The translations under genes and the position numbers were made by a program. Shown piece by piece: positions 20,611 to 32,279 of a stretch of 64,000 bases of DNA; the first letter of the stretch is position 1; the number at the start of each line of letters is the position of its first letter. Origin of the DNA: an uncultured Pseudomonadota bacterium (lineage in GTDB: Bacteria; Myxococcota_A; Polyangia; Fen-1088); NCBI GenBank assembly GCA_963847705.1, contig CAWKBC010000040.1, forward strand, positions 1-64,000, in the 5' to 3' direction. The notes beneath the pieces were generated by a model. The model was not told the DNA's origin. It did no database searches and was given only the letters and a program-made list of their open reading frames with translations.

Positions 20611-21355
20611 GTGTCGCCGCGCCGGTCGGTTCTGTTCGCGGTCGTCGTGGTGTTGACGTCGTTGTCTCGGTTGCAGGCCGCGCGGGCCTATCGGCCCTTC
20701 GACCAGACCGACGCCGACGTCGCCGAGACCCACTACGTCGAGCTGGAGCTGGGGCCGATTGGCTACCTCCACGATCCGACCGGAAGCACCTTCATCCCCG
20801 GCTTCATCCTGAACTACGGCGTCGTTCACCGCGTGGAGCTGGTGTTCGACGCGCACCACGCCTTCCTGTTCGGCGGGCCCGACGTCGAGGTGCGCCGCCG
20901 CCAGCTCGACTCCGAGCTGTCGGCCAAGGTGGTGGTGCGCGAAGGGGTGCTGCAGGACCGCCCCGGCCCGAGCATAGCGATGGAGATGGGCGCGCTCCTG
21001 CCCACGGTGCCGCTGGCGGGCGGCGCCGGGGCGGCGGTCACCGCGATCGCCTCCGAGCGGTGGCCGGCGATGGCGCTTCACCTCAACGTCGAAGGGGACT
21101 ACACCCGCGACGGCACGTTCGCCTTCATCGGCGGCTTCATCCTCGAGGGACCCGACGCCTGGACGGTCCGCCCGGTGAGCGAATTCTTCGTGTCGCACCA
21201 GAGCGACCTCCCCGCGACGGTGTCGGGGCTGGCGGGCGCCATCTGGCGGGCGACGCCGCACCTCTCGTTCGACAGCGCGTTCCGGCTCGCCTACCAGGGG
21301 AGCGCGCAGGAGCTCGAGAATCCGCGCGGGGCTGACCTGGGCGTTCCCGCTCTAG
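20611..21355 (+). CDS. Secreted beta-barrel-like hypothetical protein, apparent +1 frameshift near 21319
   Basis: Signal peptide, YRPFDQTDADVAE; removing one A at 21319/20 gives ELEIRAGLTWAFPL-stop (TAG 21353-55), abutting moeA. Confidence 0.7.
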
Positions 21356-22614
21356 AGATAGAGCAACGCTTCGACCGGCGCGCCGGCGTCCAGCTGCTCG
21401 ACGGCGGCGGGGACACAGACGAGGGCGTCGGCGCGCACGACGTTGGAGAGCGTGGACGAGCCGCCGCGAAGCGGATCGGCCCAGAGCGCGCCGTCGCGCT
21501 CGTCGAGCGCGACGCGCAGGTAGTCCTCGCGCCCGACGACGGAGCGATGCGCGGCGCCGAGGCGCGCGGCGCGGCGGGCGGGCCAGGGCTCGCGCGCGGG
21601 CTCGCCCCCCAGCCGCCAGAGCATCGGACGGATGAAGGCGTCGAACACCACCAGCGACGAGGTCGGAAACCCCGGCATGCCGATGACCGGCTTCCCACCG
21701 GCGCGGGCGAAGAGCGTCGGCTTCCCGGGGCGGATGTCGATGCCGTGAAACAGGATGCCCGGCGGCGGGAGATCGCCGAGCGCCTCGGCGGAGAGATCCT
21801 TGGTCCCGATCGAGGAGCCGCCCGAGAGGATCACGGCGTCGTGGTCGGCGAGCAGGCGGTGAACGGCCGCGCGCAGCGCCGCCGCGTCGTCGGGGACGAT
21901 CCCGGCGCGGGTCACGTCGCAGCCCGCCGCGGCGCTCTGCGCGGCGAGCGCGAGCTGATTGGCGTCGCGCACCTGGCCAGGGCGCGGGGCGGCCTCCGGC
22001 GCGCAGAGCTCGTTCCCGGTCGACAGCACGGCGACGCGCGGCCGGCGAAAGACCTCCACGGTGACGACGCCAAACGTGGCCAAGAGCGCGAGATCCGCCG
22101 CGCGCAGCCGACGGCCCGCCGGAAGTACGGCCTCGCCGCGGGCCAGATCCTCACCCGGCTGCACGACGTTGGCGCCGGGCGCCACGGCGCGCGAGACCTC
22201 GATCCGGGCGCCGCGGCTGCTGCCGTCGCCGCTGCCGCCGAGCGGCGCGGTCTGCTCGACCATCACCACGGCGTCGGCGTCGGCGGGGAGAAAACCGCCG
22301 GTGGGGATCTCCACCGCCTCGCCCGCGGCCATCCGCCCGTGGAAGACGTCGCCCATCGGCACCGACCCAACGACGTTGAGGACGATCGAGAACAGCTCGG
22401 AGGCGGTGTGAACGTCCGCCGCGCGCACCGCGAAGCCGTCCATGACGGAGCGCCGCTCGGAAGGAAGATTGTCCGGCGCCGCGAAGGCGTGGGCGAGGAC
22501 GCGCCCCTCGGCGGCGGCGAGCGGAACGTGCTCGTGACCGACCGGCGGCGTCTCGGCCAGGATCTGGCGCGCCTCGTCGGCGGGGATCAACGTCAGCCAG
22601 CGCGCGATGGACAT
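21352..22614 (-). CDS. moeA: Molybdopterin molybdotransferase
   Basis: SVMDGFAV, IPTGG, STGNEL, SGGSSIG.KD, RPGKP, PGFP; ATG 22614. Confidence 0.93.
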   Translation of the reverse strand: MSIARWLTLIPADEARQILAETPPVGHEHVPLAAAEGRVLAHAFAAPDNLPSERRSVMDGFAVRAADVHTASELFSIVLNVVGSVPMGDVFHGRMAAGEAVEIPTGGFLPADADAVVMVEQTAPLGGSGDGSSRGARIEVSRAVAPGANVVQPGEDLARGEAVLPAGRRLRAADLALLATFGVVTVEVFRRPRVAVLSTGNELCAPEAAPRPGQVRDANQLALAAQSAAAGCDVTRAGIVPDDAAALRAAVHRLLADHDAVILSGGSSIGTKDLSAEALGDLPPPGILFHGIDIRPGKPTLFARAGGKPVIGMPGFPTSSLVVFDAFIRPMLWRLGGEPAREPWPARRAARLGAAHRSVVGREDYLRVALDERDGALWADPLRGGSSTLSNVVRADALVCVPAAVEQLDAGAPVEALLYL

Positions 22615-22619
22615 GGCGA

Positions 22620-24155
22620 TCAGACCGGCAGCACGGGCCGGCGGCGCGGCATCGCCGGAACGCTCTTGGAGCCAGTGATGGCGAGACGCCGGAGCAGCTC
22701 GGCGCGCAGCTCGTCGCCCGGAACGACCGCGTCGACGTGGAGATTGGCGGCCAGCTTCAAGATGTCGATGTCTGCCCGGTACTGCGCCCGCAGCTCCTCG
22801 ACGTAGGCGGGGCGCTCGGCCTCTGGCTTCTCGGCGATCTTGTTGGCGAACACGGCGTTCACCGCCGCCTCGGCCCCCATGACCGCGATCATCGCCTGCG
22901 GCAGCGCGATGGTGGCGTCGGGCTCGAAGCCGGGTCCGCACATGGCGTAGAGCCCCGCGCCGTAGGCCTTGCGCAGCACCACGCAGAACTTGGGGACGGT
23001 CGCGTCGGCCACCGCCGAGACCATCTTGGCGCCGTGGCGGATGATCCCCTGCCGCTCGACCGCCTTGCCGATCATGAAGCCTGGCACGTCGGCCAGAAAG
23101 ACCAGCGGCAGCCCGAAGGCGTCGCACAGCCAGATGAAGCGCGTCGCCTTGTCGGCCGAGTCGACGAACAGCACGCCCCCTTTCCATTTGGGCTGGCTGG
23201 CGACGATTCCCACCGCACGCCCACCGAGCCGGGCGAAGCCGGTCACCAGCTCACGGGCATAGAGCTTCTTGAGCTCGAAGAAGCTCCCCTCATCGACGAG
23301 CGCGTCGATCACCGCCGCGATGTCGTAGGCCTGATTCTGGTTGGCGGGGAGGAGGTCGTCGATCCGCTTGGCCTCGGCGCGCGGCGGGCGCGGCGCGACC
23401 TCGGGTGCCGGCTCGCCCGAACGCTGCGGCAGGTAGGCCAGGTAGGCGCGCCCGGCGGCGATGCAGCTCTGCTCGTCCTTGGCCAGCAGATCGCCGCAGC
23501 CGGAGACCTCGCAGTGCATGCGCGCGCCGCCCATCTCCTCCAGCGTCACCTTCTCGCCGATCACCATCTCCGCCATGCGCGGCGAGCCGAGGTACATGGA
23601 GGCGTTCTTCTCGACCATGAACACCACGTCGCAGAACGCCGGGATGTAAGCGCCGCCGGCCGCCGAGGGGCCGAACAGGAGGCAGATCTGCGGCACCGCG
23701 CCGGAGAGGCGCACCTGGTTGTGGAAGATGCGCCCCGCGTGGCGGCGCCCCGGGAACATGTCGATCTGATCGGTGATGCGCGCGCCCGCCGAGTCGACCA
23801 GATAGAAGACCGGCAGCCGCAGCCGCGCGGCGGTCTCCTGCAGGCGGATGATCTTCTCGACGGTGCGCGCCCCCCAGGACCCGGCCTTCACCGTCGAGTC
23901 ATTGGCCATGATCGCCACCGGGCGCCCGTGCACGCGCCCGATGCCGGTGACCACACCGTCGGCGGGGAGATCCGTGGCGGTGGCGTTGGCGAAGAGGCCG
24001 TCCTCGACGAAGTCCTTGCCGTCGTCGTCGCAGAGGAGCGCGATCCGCTCGCGGCAGAAGAGCTTGCCGGCGGCGGCGTTGGCCTGGTGATACTTGGGCG
24101 CGCCGCCCTTCTTGATCGTGGCGCCGAGCGCCTTGAATTCGTCGCTGCGTGACAT
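22620..24155 (-). CDS. Acyl-CoA carboxylase beta subunit (methylcrotonyl-CoA carboxylase-like)
   Basis: DSAGARI, GPSAAGGAY, DVPGFMIG, RKAYGAG. Confidence 0.92.
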   Translation of the reverse strand: MSRSDEFKALGATIKKGGAPKYHQANAAAGKLFCRERIALLCDDDGKDFVEDGLFANATATDLPADGVVTGIGRVHGRPVAIMANDSTVKAGSWGARTVEKIIRLQETAARLRLPVFYLVDSAGARITDQIDMFPGRRHAGRIFHNQVRLSGAVPQICLLFGPSAAGGAYIPAFCDVVFMVEKNASMYLGSPRMAEMVIGEKVTLEEMGGARMHCEVSGCGDLLAKDEQSCIAAGRAYLAYLPQRSGEPAPEVAPRPPRAEAKRIDDLLPANQNQAYDIAAVIDALVDEGSFFELKKLYARELVTGFARLGGRAVGIVASQPKWKGGVLFVDSADKATRFIWLCDAFGLPLVFLADVPGFMIGKAVERQGIIRHGAKMVSAVADATVPKFCVVLRKAYGAGLYAMCGPGFEPDATIALPQAMIAVMGAEAAVNAVFANKIAEKPEAERPAYVEELRAQYRADIDILKLAANLHVDAVVPGDELRAELLRRLAITGSKSVPAMPRRRPVLPV

Positions 24156-24158
24156 CGT

Positions 24159-24968
24159 CTATCGTCCTTTGTAGACCGGCGGGCGCTTCTCGATGAAGGC
24201 CGCCAATCCCTCGTTGCGATCGTCGGTGACCAGGACCTCTTCGTAACGGCTCCGCTCGATCTTGAGCCCGTCGGCCAGCGAGTGCGAGATTCCTTCGTCG
24301 ACTGCCCGCTTCGCCGCGCCGAGCGCCAGCGGCGCCGCCGCCGCGATCTCCGTCGCCCAGCGCGCGGCGGCGGCCGGCAATTCTGCCGAAGGCACCACCT
24401 CGCTGACGATCCCCAGCTCGCGCGCCCGCACCGCGCCGATGCGCCGTCCGGTCAGGATCAGCTCCTTCGCCGCCGCGACGCCGGCGATCCGCGCCAGCCG
24501 CTGGGTGCCGCCGGCACCGGGAATGATCCCCAGCCGCACCTCGGTCAGTCCCATCTCGGCGCTGTCGGCGGCAATCCGGAGGTCGCAGGCCAGCGCCAGC
24601 TCCAACCCTCCGCCGAACGCCACGCCGTTCATCGCCGCGATCGTCGGCCGCGGGAACGCCGCCAGCGTGTCCATGAGCGCGTTGATCTCCCCGAGAAAGA
24701 CGCGCGTGTCGTCGAGCGTCCAGGTCCGCCGCTCTTTCAGATCGGCGCCGGAGGAGAACGCCTTGTCCCCCTCGCCCGTCAGCACCAGCACGCGGAGGTC
24801 GGCGCCCCCGGCGATCTCACGCGCCAGCTCGCCACAGAGCTTCGTCAGCTCCGCGACCAGCGCGCGCGACAGCGCATTCGCCGCCGTGGGCCGGTTGAGC
24901 GTCACGAACAGCGCGCGATCGCGACGTTCGACCCGTAGGATCGGCGACGCGCCGGCCGGGGTGCTCAT
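24159..24968 (-). CDS. Enoyl-CoA hydratase (methylglutaconyl-CoA hydratase-like)
   Basis: FSSGADLKER, AFGGGLELALACD, GIIPGAGGTQRL. Confidence 0.92.
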   Translation of the reverse strand: MSTPAGASPILRVERRDRALFVTLNRPTAANALSRALVAELTKLCGELAREIAGGADLRVLVLTGEGDKAFSSGADLKERRTWTLDDTRVFLGEINALMDTLAAFPRPTIAAMNGVAFGGGLELALACDLRIAADSAEMGLTEVRLGIIPGAGGTQRLARIAGVAAAKELILTGRRIGAVRARELGIVSEVVPSAELPAAAARWATEIAAAAPLALGAAKRAVDEGISHSLADGLKIERSRYEEVLVTDDRNEGLAAFIEKRPPVYKGR

Positions 24969-25022
24969 CTCGTCAACGGTAGCACGGCTTCCATCGCGCT
25001 TCGGTGAAGAGCCGGCGCGCGC

Positions 25023-25946
25023 TCATCCCGCCGAGCGCGAGCGGGCGCCGACGGCGGCGCGGTAGTACTTCGACGGCACCTCGTGACCGACGAAGGCCGA
25101 GGCCATCCGGCCGCAGTCGACCAGCTTGTCGAGGTCGATGCCGGTGCGGACGCCCATCCCCTCCAGCATGTAGACCACGTCTTCGGTCGAGACGTTGCCG
25201 GAGGCGCCGGGCGCGTAGGGGCAGCCGCCCAGGCCGCCCAGCGCGGCGTCGACGGTGGTGATCCCCATTTCGACCGCCACCAGGATGTTGGCCAGCGCGG
25301 TGCCGCGCGTGTCGTGAAAGTGCACCGCCACCTCGGGCGCCGGGATCTCCGCCAGCACCCGCCCGAGGACGTCGCGCACCTGGCGCGGGTTGGCGACGCC
25401 GATGGTGTCGCCGAGCGAGATCTGGTAGCAGCCGAGCTCGCGCAGCGCGCGCGACAGCTCCACCGCCTTGGCCGGATCGACGGCCCCTTCATACGGACAG
25501 CCGTAGACGGTCGAGACATAGGCGCGAACGCGCATCCCCGCCGCCAGCGCGGGCGGCACCGTGTCGCGGAACGCCGCCAGCGTCTGGGCGATCGTCTTGT
25601 TCACGTTCTTCTTGTTGTGCGTCTCCGACGCCGACATGAAGACCGCCACCTCGCGCATGCCGGCCGCCTGGGCCGCCTCGAGCCCCTGACGGTTCGGCAC
25701 CAGCGCCGAATAGATGACCCCTGGCTTGCGCGCGATCCGCCGCGCCACCTCGCCGCCGTCGGCCAGCTGCGGGATCCACTTGGGGTTGACGAAGCTGGTG
25801 ATCTCGATGGCCGGCAGGCCCGTCTCCGAGAGCGCGTCGATCAGACGAACCTTGTCCTCGGTCGGGACCATGCGCGACTCGTTCTGCAGGCCGTCGCGCG
25901 GGCCGACCTCGTAGAGCGTGACTTCAGGTGGAAGGTGATCGAACAA
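25023..25946 (-). CDS. Hydroxymethylglutaryl-CoA lyase
   Basis: EVGPRDGLQNE, HFHDTRG, GLGGCPYAPGASGN. Confidence 0.95.
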   Translation of the reverse strand: MFDHLPPEVTLYEVGPRDGLQNESRMVPTEDKVRLIDALSETGLPAIEITSFVNPKWIPQLADGGEVARRIARKPGVIYSALVPNRQGLEAAQAAGMREVAVFMSASETHNKKNVNKTIAQTLAAFRDTVPPALAAGMRVRAYVSTVYGCPYEGAVDPAKAVELSRALRELGCYQISLGDTIGVANPRQVRDVLGRVLAEIPAPEVAVHFHDTRGTALANILVAVEMGITTVDAALGGLGGCPYAPGASGNVSTEDVVYMLEGMGVRTGIDLDKLVDCGRMASAFVGHEVPSKYYRAAVGARSRSAG

Positions 25947-25981
25947 CGCCTGATTTTACCACGCGTGTCGAATTGGCCTTC

Positions 25982-26647
25982 TCAGGCGAGGAGGCGCGCG
26001 CACAGCGCGTCGGTCACGTCGTCGAGCGTGTCGACCACGACGTCGGCCGGCGAGAGGTCGTAGCCGGCGAAATTGCCGGCCTGCACGGCGATGACGCGGA
26101 TCCCCGCGGCGCGCGCCGAGAGGATGCCGGGGGTGGCGTCCTCGATGACGATCGACCGCGCCGCGGCCACGCCGAGCTGCGCCAGCCCGGTCAGGTACGG
26201 CTCAGGTGACGGCTTGCCGTTGGCGTAGTCCTCGGCGGCGACGATGACCGGGAACAGCTCACGGACGCCGATGCCGGAGAGCGCGTCGCGCACCTCCTTG
26301 CCGCTGGCGCCCGACACCAGCGCCAGCTTCGACCGGCGCGCCAGGCGCTGCACCAGCGCCACCGCCCCCGGCAGCGCGCGGTGTCCGGTCTTGGCCAGGA
26401 GCCCGTCCTTCTCCTCGACGGCCAGGTCGATGAGCTCCCGCATCGGGACAGTGAGCGCGTGGTTGCGGGCGATCATCTTGTAGATCTCGTTCCAGGAGTG
26501 GCCGATGACGAAGCCGCGCTCCTCTTCGGTCAGCTCGGCGCCGTGGTGCCGCACCGCCAGCACCACCGACTCGACGTTGGCCCGCTCGCTGTCGACCAAC
26601 GTCCCGTCGAGGTCGAACAGGAAGGCGTCGGGGATCGGCGTGCTCAT
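25982..26647 (-). CDS. HAD family phosphatase
   Basis: FDLDGTLVDS, KPSPEPY, IEDA..G. Confidence 0.92.
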   Translation of the reverse strand: MSTPIPDAFLFDLDGTLVDSERANVESVVLAVRHHGAELTEEERGFVIGHSWNEIYKMIARNHALTVPMRELIDLAVEEKDGLLAKTGHRALPGAVALVQRLARRSKLALVSGASGKEVRDALSGIGVRELFPVIVAAEDYANGKPSPEPYLTGLAQLGVAAARSIVIEDATPGILSARAAGIRVIAVQAGNFAGYDLSPADVVVDTLDDVTDALCARLLA

Positions 26648-26681
26648 TCCCGGAGAATACGGGGTAAATTAACCGGGCAGC

Positions 26682-28258
26682 GTGACGATTCGGACGAAAA
26701 TCTGGCTGATCGCCGTCAGCGTGGCGGTCACCGTCGGCGTGGCCTCGTGGGGGCGCATGTTCCTCACCCGCAACCGGATCATCATGGACGCCCAGTCGAG
26801 CGCCACGGAGCTGGCGCATGACATCGCCGAGGATCTGAAGAGCCTCCCTCCCGACGCCGATGACGGCGCCCTGGAAGAGAAGCTGCTCGGCTACCTCAAC
26901 CGCCACACGCGGATCGTGCGGCTCGACCTCTACGTCTATCGCGAGGCGAACACCCCCTCGAGCCGCATCGTCGCGCCGCGCGGCGATCGTCCGGAGATCA
27001 CCCGCTTCGCGCCTTTCGTCCGCCAGCCGCTCGCCCTCACCCGCCAGCCCACGCCCGGCGAATCGCAGGAGGAGCCGATCGAGCTGGACGTCGATCTGCA
27101 GGGTCCTTGGAAAGCGACGCTCGACATGCGGTGGACCCTGGGCCCGGTCGAGTCGATGCTGAAGACCGAGGAGCAGATCTCGATCATCTTCGCGGTCGTG
27201 TTCGTCATCGGCCTCACGCTGGTCTCCGGGCTCATCACCCAGCGGGTGATCGGCAAGCCGCTGGAGGTGCTGGCGGCGGCGATGCGGGACGTCGAGGGGG
27301 GCGATCTTTCGCGCCGCATCCCCGTCGAGACGCTGGACGAAGTGGGCCGCTTGTCGGAAGGATTCAACCGGATGCTCGAACGACTCTCCAAGGCAGATGC
27401 GCAGATCCGCGCTTTCAACCAGCGCCTCGGCGCCGAGATCGAAAAGGCGACCCACGATCTGTCCGAGAAGAACGTGGCGCTCGGGCAGCTCAACCGGCTG
27501 CTCAACGACACCCGGCTCGACAACGCCTCCAAGGTCCGCCTGGCCACCCTCGGGCAGCTGGCCGCCCAGCTGGCGCACGAGATCGGCACCCCGCTGTCGT
27601 CGGTGTCGGGGCACATCCAGCTGGCGCTCCTGCAGCGGGATCTGCCGACCGTGCTGCGCGAGCGGCTCGACGTCTCGGCCCGCGAGATCGAGCGGATCAG
27701 CAAGATCGTGCGCGACTACCTCGATTCGACGCGCCCGCTCGAGCCCGAACGCAGCCCGACGAAGATCCCCAAGCTGCTGGAGGAGGCGGTCGAGCTGGTG
27801 CAAGGCGTGGCGCCCGGCAAGCGGGTGGCGGTCACCTGGAAGGTCGATGCCTCGCTCGGCGAGCTGGTGACCGACCCCGGCCTGCTGCGCCAGATCGTGG
27901 TCAACCTCGTCGCCAACGCGCTCGACGCCGTCGACAAGAACGGGCGCATCGAGATCGCCGCCCGCCCGATCGCCGACGACGTCCTCATCAGCGTGCGCGA
28001 CACCGGACACGGCATCCCGCCCGACGATCTGCGCCGCATCTTCGAGCCGTTCTACACCACCAAGGGGCGCGGCAAGGGGACCGGCCTGGGCCTGGCGATC
28101 TGCCGCCAGCTCACCGCGGCGCTGGGCGGCGCCATCTCCGTCGAGAGCGCGCCCGGCCAGGGGTCGACCTTCACCGTCCGCCTCCCGATGCAGGGGCCAC
28201 CCCCCGCCTCGACGGGGAACACCGGCGAATTTCGGCCGCGCGCAGCCGGAGGACGGGC

Positions 28259-28262
<4 letters not shown>
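26682..28262 (+). CDS. HAMP-domain sensor histidine kinase
   Basis: Two TM, HAMP, LAHEIGTPL, NLVANA, DTGHG, GTGLGL. Confidence 0.94.
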
Positions 28263-29667
<1,405 letters not shown>

Positions 29668-29776
29668 GTCCGCCTCAGCCTGGCCTAACCCGCGTCGAGA
29701 ACGATGGGTCCTTTTTCGGTAAGATGCTTACATTCTCAGGCAGCTCGAACACTCAACCCTCTCGCCGGAGATCTCC

Positions 29777-30286
29777 ATGAAGCTCGCCCCGAAGCTGGCA
29801 CTGCCGTTCGCCCTCTCGTTGTCATTCGCCTGGCTGCAATTCGCCACCGTCGCGCATGCCGAAGAGCACCACGCGGAGGAGCACCACGAAGGGCACGGAG
29901 GCGCACGCCCGGCGCCGCCCCCGCGCGCCGCGCCGCCGAAGTTCCAGGCCCACCCGCCGGGCGTTCACCCGCACGGCCCCATGGTGCGACCGCACCAGGT
30001 TCGCGTCATGCGCCCGACCGTCGCTCACTACGGCGCCCACCCCTTCCGCCACTGGGAGCATCCGGAGTTCGCCCGCCCCGCCTATTACTGGGACTGGAAC
30101 GTGGTTCACAGCGTCTCTTGCACCGCCGAGGATTCCTACGGCGATCAGTACCCGGTGACCGAGGAGACCTTCGCCGGGTTCGGTCTGGCCAACATGACCG
30201 CCGTCGAGGACGACGCGCTCGACCGCTGCTACCAGGAGTCGGGCGGCGATCCGAGCTGCTACCTCGCCACCTGCTCACACTTCTAA
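29777..30286 (+). CDS. Secreted His/Pro-rich hypothetical protein
   Basis: RBS GGAG, signal peptide ending AHA, C-terminal 4-Cys domain. Confidence 0.7.
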   Translation: MKLAPKLALPFALSLSFAWLQFATVAHAEEHHAEEHHEGHGGARPAPPPRAAPPKFQAHPPGVHPHGPMVRPHQVRVMRPTVAHYGAHPFRHWEHPEFARPAYYWDWNVVHSVSCTAEDSYGDQYPVTEETFAGFGLANMTAVEDDALDRCYQESGGDPSCYLATCSHF

Positions 30287-30448
30287 TCGTCACGGTCCCA
30301 CTGCGGTAACTGGCCGCCCAGCAAGCGGTTGGTTTCCGCAGTGGCCTGATATTTCTGGAACCCGCGAAATTGAAGCAGTGAGAAAATTCGCACCAGGTCT
30401 GCCGATTGTTTGGCCCTGATCGCGTGCCGAACGTCACTGATTGGGACG

Positions 30449-32089
30449 ATGACGTCCATTCGCTTCGGGGCCTGCCTGGTCTTCCTTTGCCTTTTCGGCT
30501 GCGCGCAGTCGGTCGACGTCTCCGGCACCGGTGGCAGCACCGCCATGGGCGGCGATAACGGCGAGACCCATTCAGGCGGCGCGACGGGCACCGGCTCGGG
30601 CGGTAACCCCGGCACGGGAGGAGGCGACACGACCGGCACCGGCGGTGGAACCAGCACCGGCGGCGTGAGAGGGACCGGCGGCACGACCGCCACCGGGGGC
30701 ATGACCGGAGCAGCCGGCGCGAAGGGGACCGGTGGAGCAGCCGGCGCGAAGGGGACCGGCGGAGCGGCCGGCGCGAAGGGGACCGGCGGAGCGGCCGGCG
30801 CGAAGGGGACCGGCGGCACGACCGCGGCGGCCGGGGCGACCGGCAACGCCGGGAGCACCGGAAGCACCTCCTGTACGATCACCGCGACGTCCTCCTTCAG
30901 CACCGCGATCCCGACGGTGGCGGCGGTGACCTGGACGACGACGCTCTCGACCCTCACCAAGGCGGAGATCGACTTCGCCCCCGCCTCGGGCGGAACCACG
31001 CTGGTGGCCCCCGTCGATCTCACCCAGGCCAGCTACCGCACGCTGCTGCTGGGGATGAAGCCGAGCACCAGCTACGCCTACAAGATCGTCGCCACCAACG
31101 CGAGCGGCTCCTGCACCAGCAACAGCTACACGATCATGACGGGCGCTCTGCCCAGCTCGGCGCCCAAGGTGACGGCGACGATCATGAACGCCGCGGCGCA
31201 CGACAAGGGGTTCATCGTCACCAGCACGGGGCTGGCCGGCAACACGACGTTCATCATCGACCCCGACGGCGCGGTCGTCTGGTCGGCCACGGGACCGTCG
31301 ATGCCCAGCCGATCTCACATGAGCTGGGACGGCACCCACATGTACATGATGGCGCTCAACGTCATGAACACGAACGCCGGCAACATCCAGTCGGTGGCGA
31401 TGGACGGCACCGGCAACACGACGCTCTCCGGGGTGACCACCTCGCACCACGACCTGACCGCCATCCCGGGCGGCCTCGCCACCATGCTCTGGAACAAGTC
31501 AGGGACGGACGCCCCGTGTTCGCTGATCGAGCGCGCCGACGCCACCGGGACCTTCACCACCGTCGTGGCCGACATGTCGACCGTCTACACCTCGAACACG
31601 TTCCACAGCAACGCGGTCCACTACTATCCGTCGGACAACACGTACACCGTCGGCGATCGCAACCCGAGCCTTTACGTGAAGCTGTCGCGCACCGGGTCGC
31701 TGATCTGGCAGTTCGGCGGCAGCAACCCCAAGGACCAGAGCAAGTTCTTCACCGGCGTGCCGACCTGGTCGGTCAACCATGGCCACCAGCTGCTCGGTGA
31801 CGGGACCTTCATCTTCTTCAACAACACCCCGAACGAGGCCTGGGTCTACAAGCTCAACACCACGAACATGACGGCGAGCAAGACCCTGACCTACACCGCC
31901 AGCGGCGCCAGCAGCATGGTCCTGGGCGACGTCCAGCAGCTCCCCAACGGCAACTACCTGGTCACCTTCTCGACCTCGGGCCAGATCCACGAGATCAGCC
32001 CGTCCGGCGCCCTGGTCGCCAAGTTCACCTCCAGCTCGTTCGGCTACTCCGAGTTCCGCGAGTCGCTCTACGGCCAGCCGCCCTACTAG
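30449..32089 (+). CDS. Arylsulfotransferase-like lipoprotein with Gly/Thr-rich linker
   Basis: Lipobox LFGC, SHHD, FHSNAV, NHGH, FFNN, GDVQQLPNGNYLV propeller motifs. Confidence 0.75.
   Translation: MTSIRFGACLVFLCLFGCAQSVDVSGTGGSTAMGGDNGETHSGGATGTGSGGNPGTGGGDTTGTGGGTSTGGVRGTGGTTATGGMTGAAGAKGTGGAAGAKGTGGAAGAKGTGGAAGAKGTGGTTAAAGATGNAGSTGSTSCTITATSSFSTAIPTVAAVTWTTTLSTLTKAEIDFAPASGGTTLVAPVDLTQASYRTLLLGMKPSTSYAYKIVATNASGSCTSNSYTIMTGALPSSAPKVTATIMNAAAHDKGFIVTSTGLAGNTTFIIDPDGAVVWSATGPSMPSRSHMSWDGTHMYMMALNVMNTNAGNIQSVAMDGTGNTTLSGVTTSHHDLTAIPGGLATMLWNKSGTDAPCSLIERADATGTFTTVVADMSTVYTSNTFHSNAVHYYPSDNTYTVGDRNPSLYVKLSRTGSLIWQFGGSNPKDQSKFFTGVPTWSVNHGHQLLGDGTFIFFNNTPNEAWVYKLNTTNMTASKTLTYTASGASSMVLGDVQQLPNGNYLVTFSTSGQIHEISPSGALVAKFTSSSFGYSEFRESLYGQPPY
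30707..30814 (+). repeat. 27-bp coding tandem repeat x4 (GAAGAKGTG)
   Basis: Visible directly. Confidence 0.85.
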
Positions 32090-32173
32090 GCTGTCCTGGC
32101 CCGTCGGCCCCCTTCCCGTTTCCAGTGGCGCCCACGCCGCCTGAAATGCTAGGTTCCCGGCCTCACGAAATTC

Positions 32174-32257
32174 GCGGTCGTGGCGGAACTGGTAGACGCG
32201 CCAGATTCAGGTTCTGGTGATGGTAACATTGTGGGAGTTCGACTCTCCCCGACCGCA
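32174..32257 (+). tRNA. tRNA-Leu(CAG)
   Basis: Acceptor GCGGTCG/CGACCGC, D-arm TGGTAGAC, anticodon arm CCAGA-TTCAGGT-TCTGG, long variable arm, T-loop GTTCGAC; CCA not encoded. Confidence 0.95.
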
Positions 32258-32279
32258 CAAATTCAAGTACTTAGGCGAT

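Noticed and set aside
20611-22806. 731-aa ORF antisense to moeA
   Set aside because: Artefact of a 1-bp insertion at ~21319; the extension is a shadow frame
22620-25946. Leucine-catabolism cluster lacking the biotin carboxylase subunit
   Set aside because: Split liu clusters are common; the subunit is probably elsewhere in the genome
27107-28258. 871-aa response regulator with a long N-terminal extension
   Set aside because: The extension overlaps the kinase off-frame; the real start is GTG 28259
30707-30814. 27-bp repeat as a special element
   Set aside because: Ordinary Gly/Thr low-complexity linker of a lipoprotein
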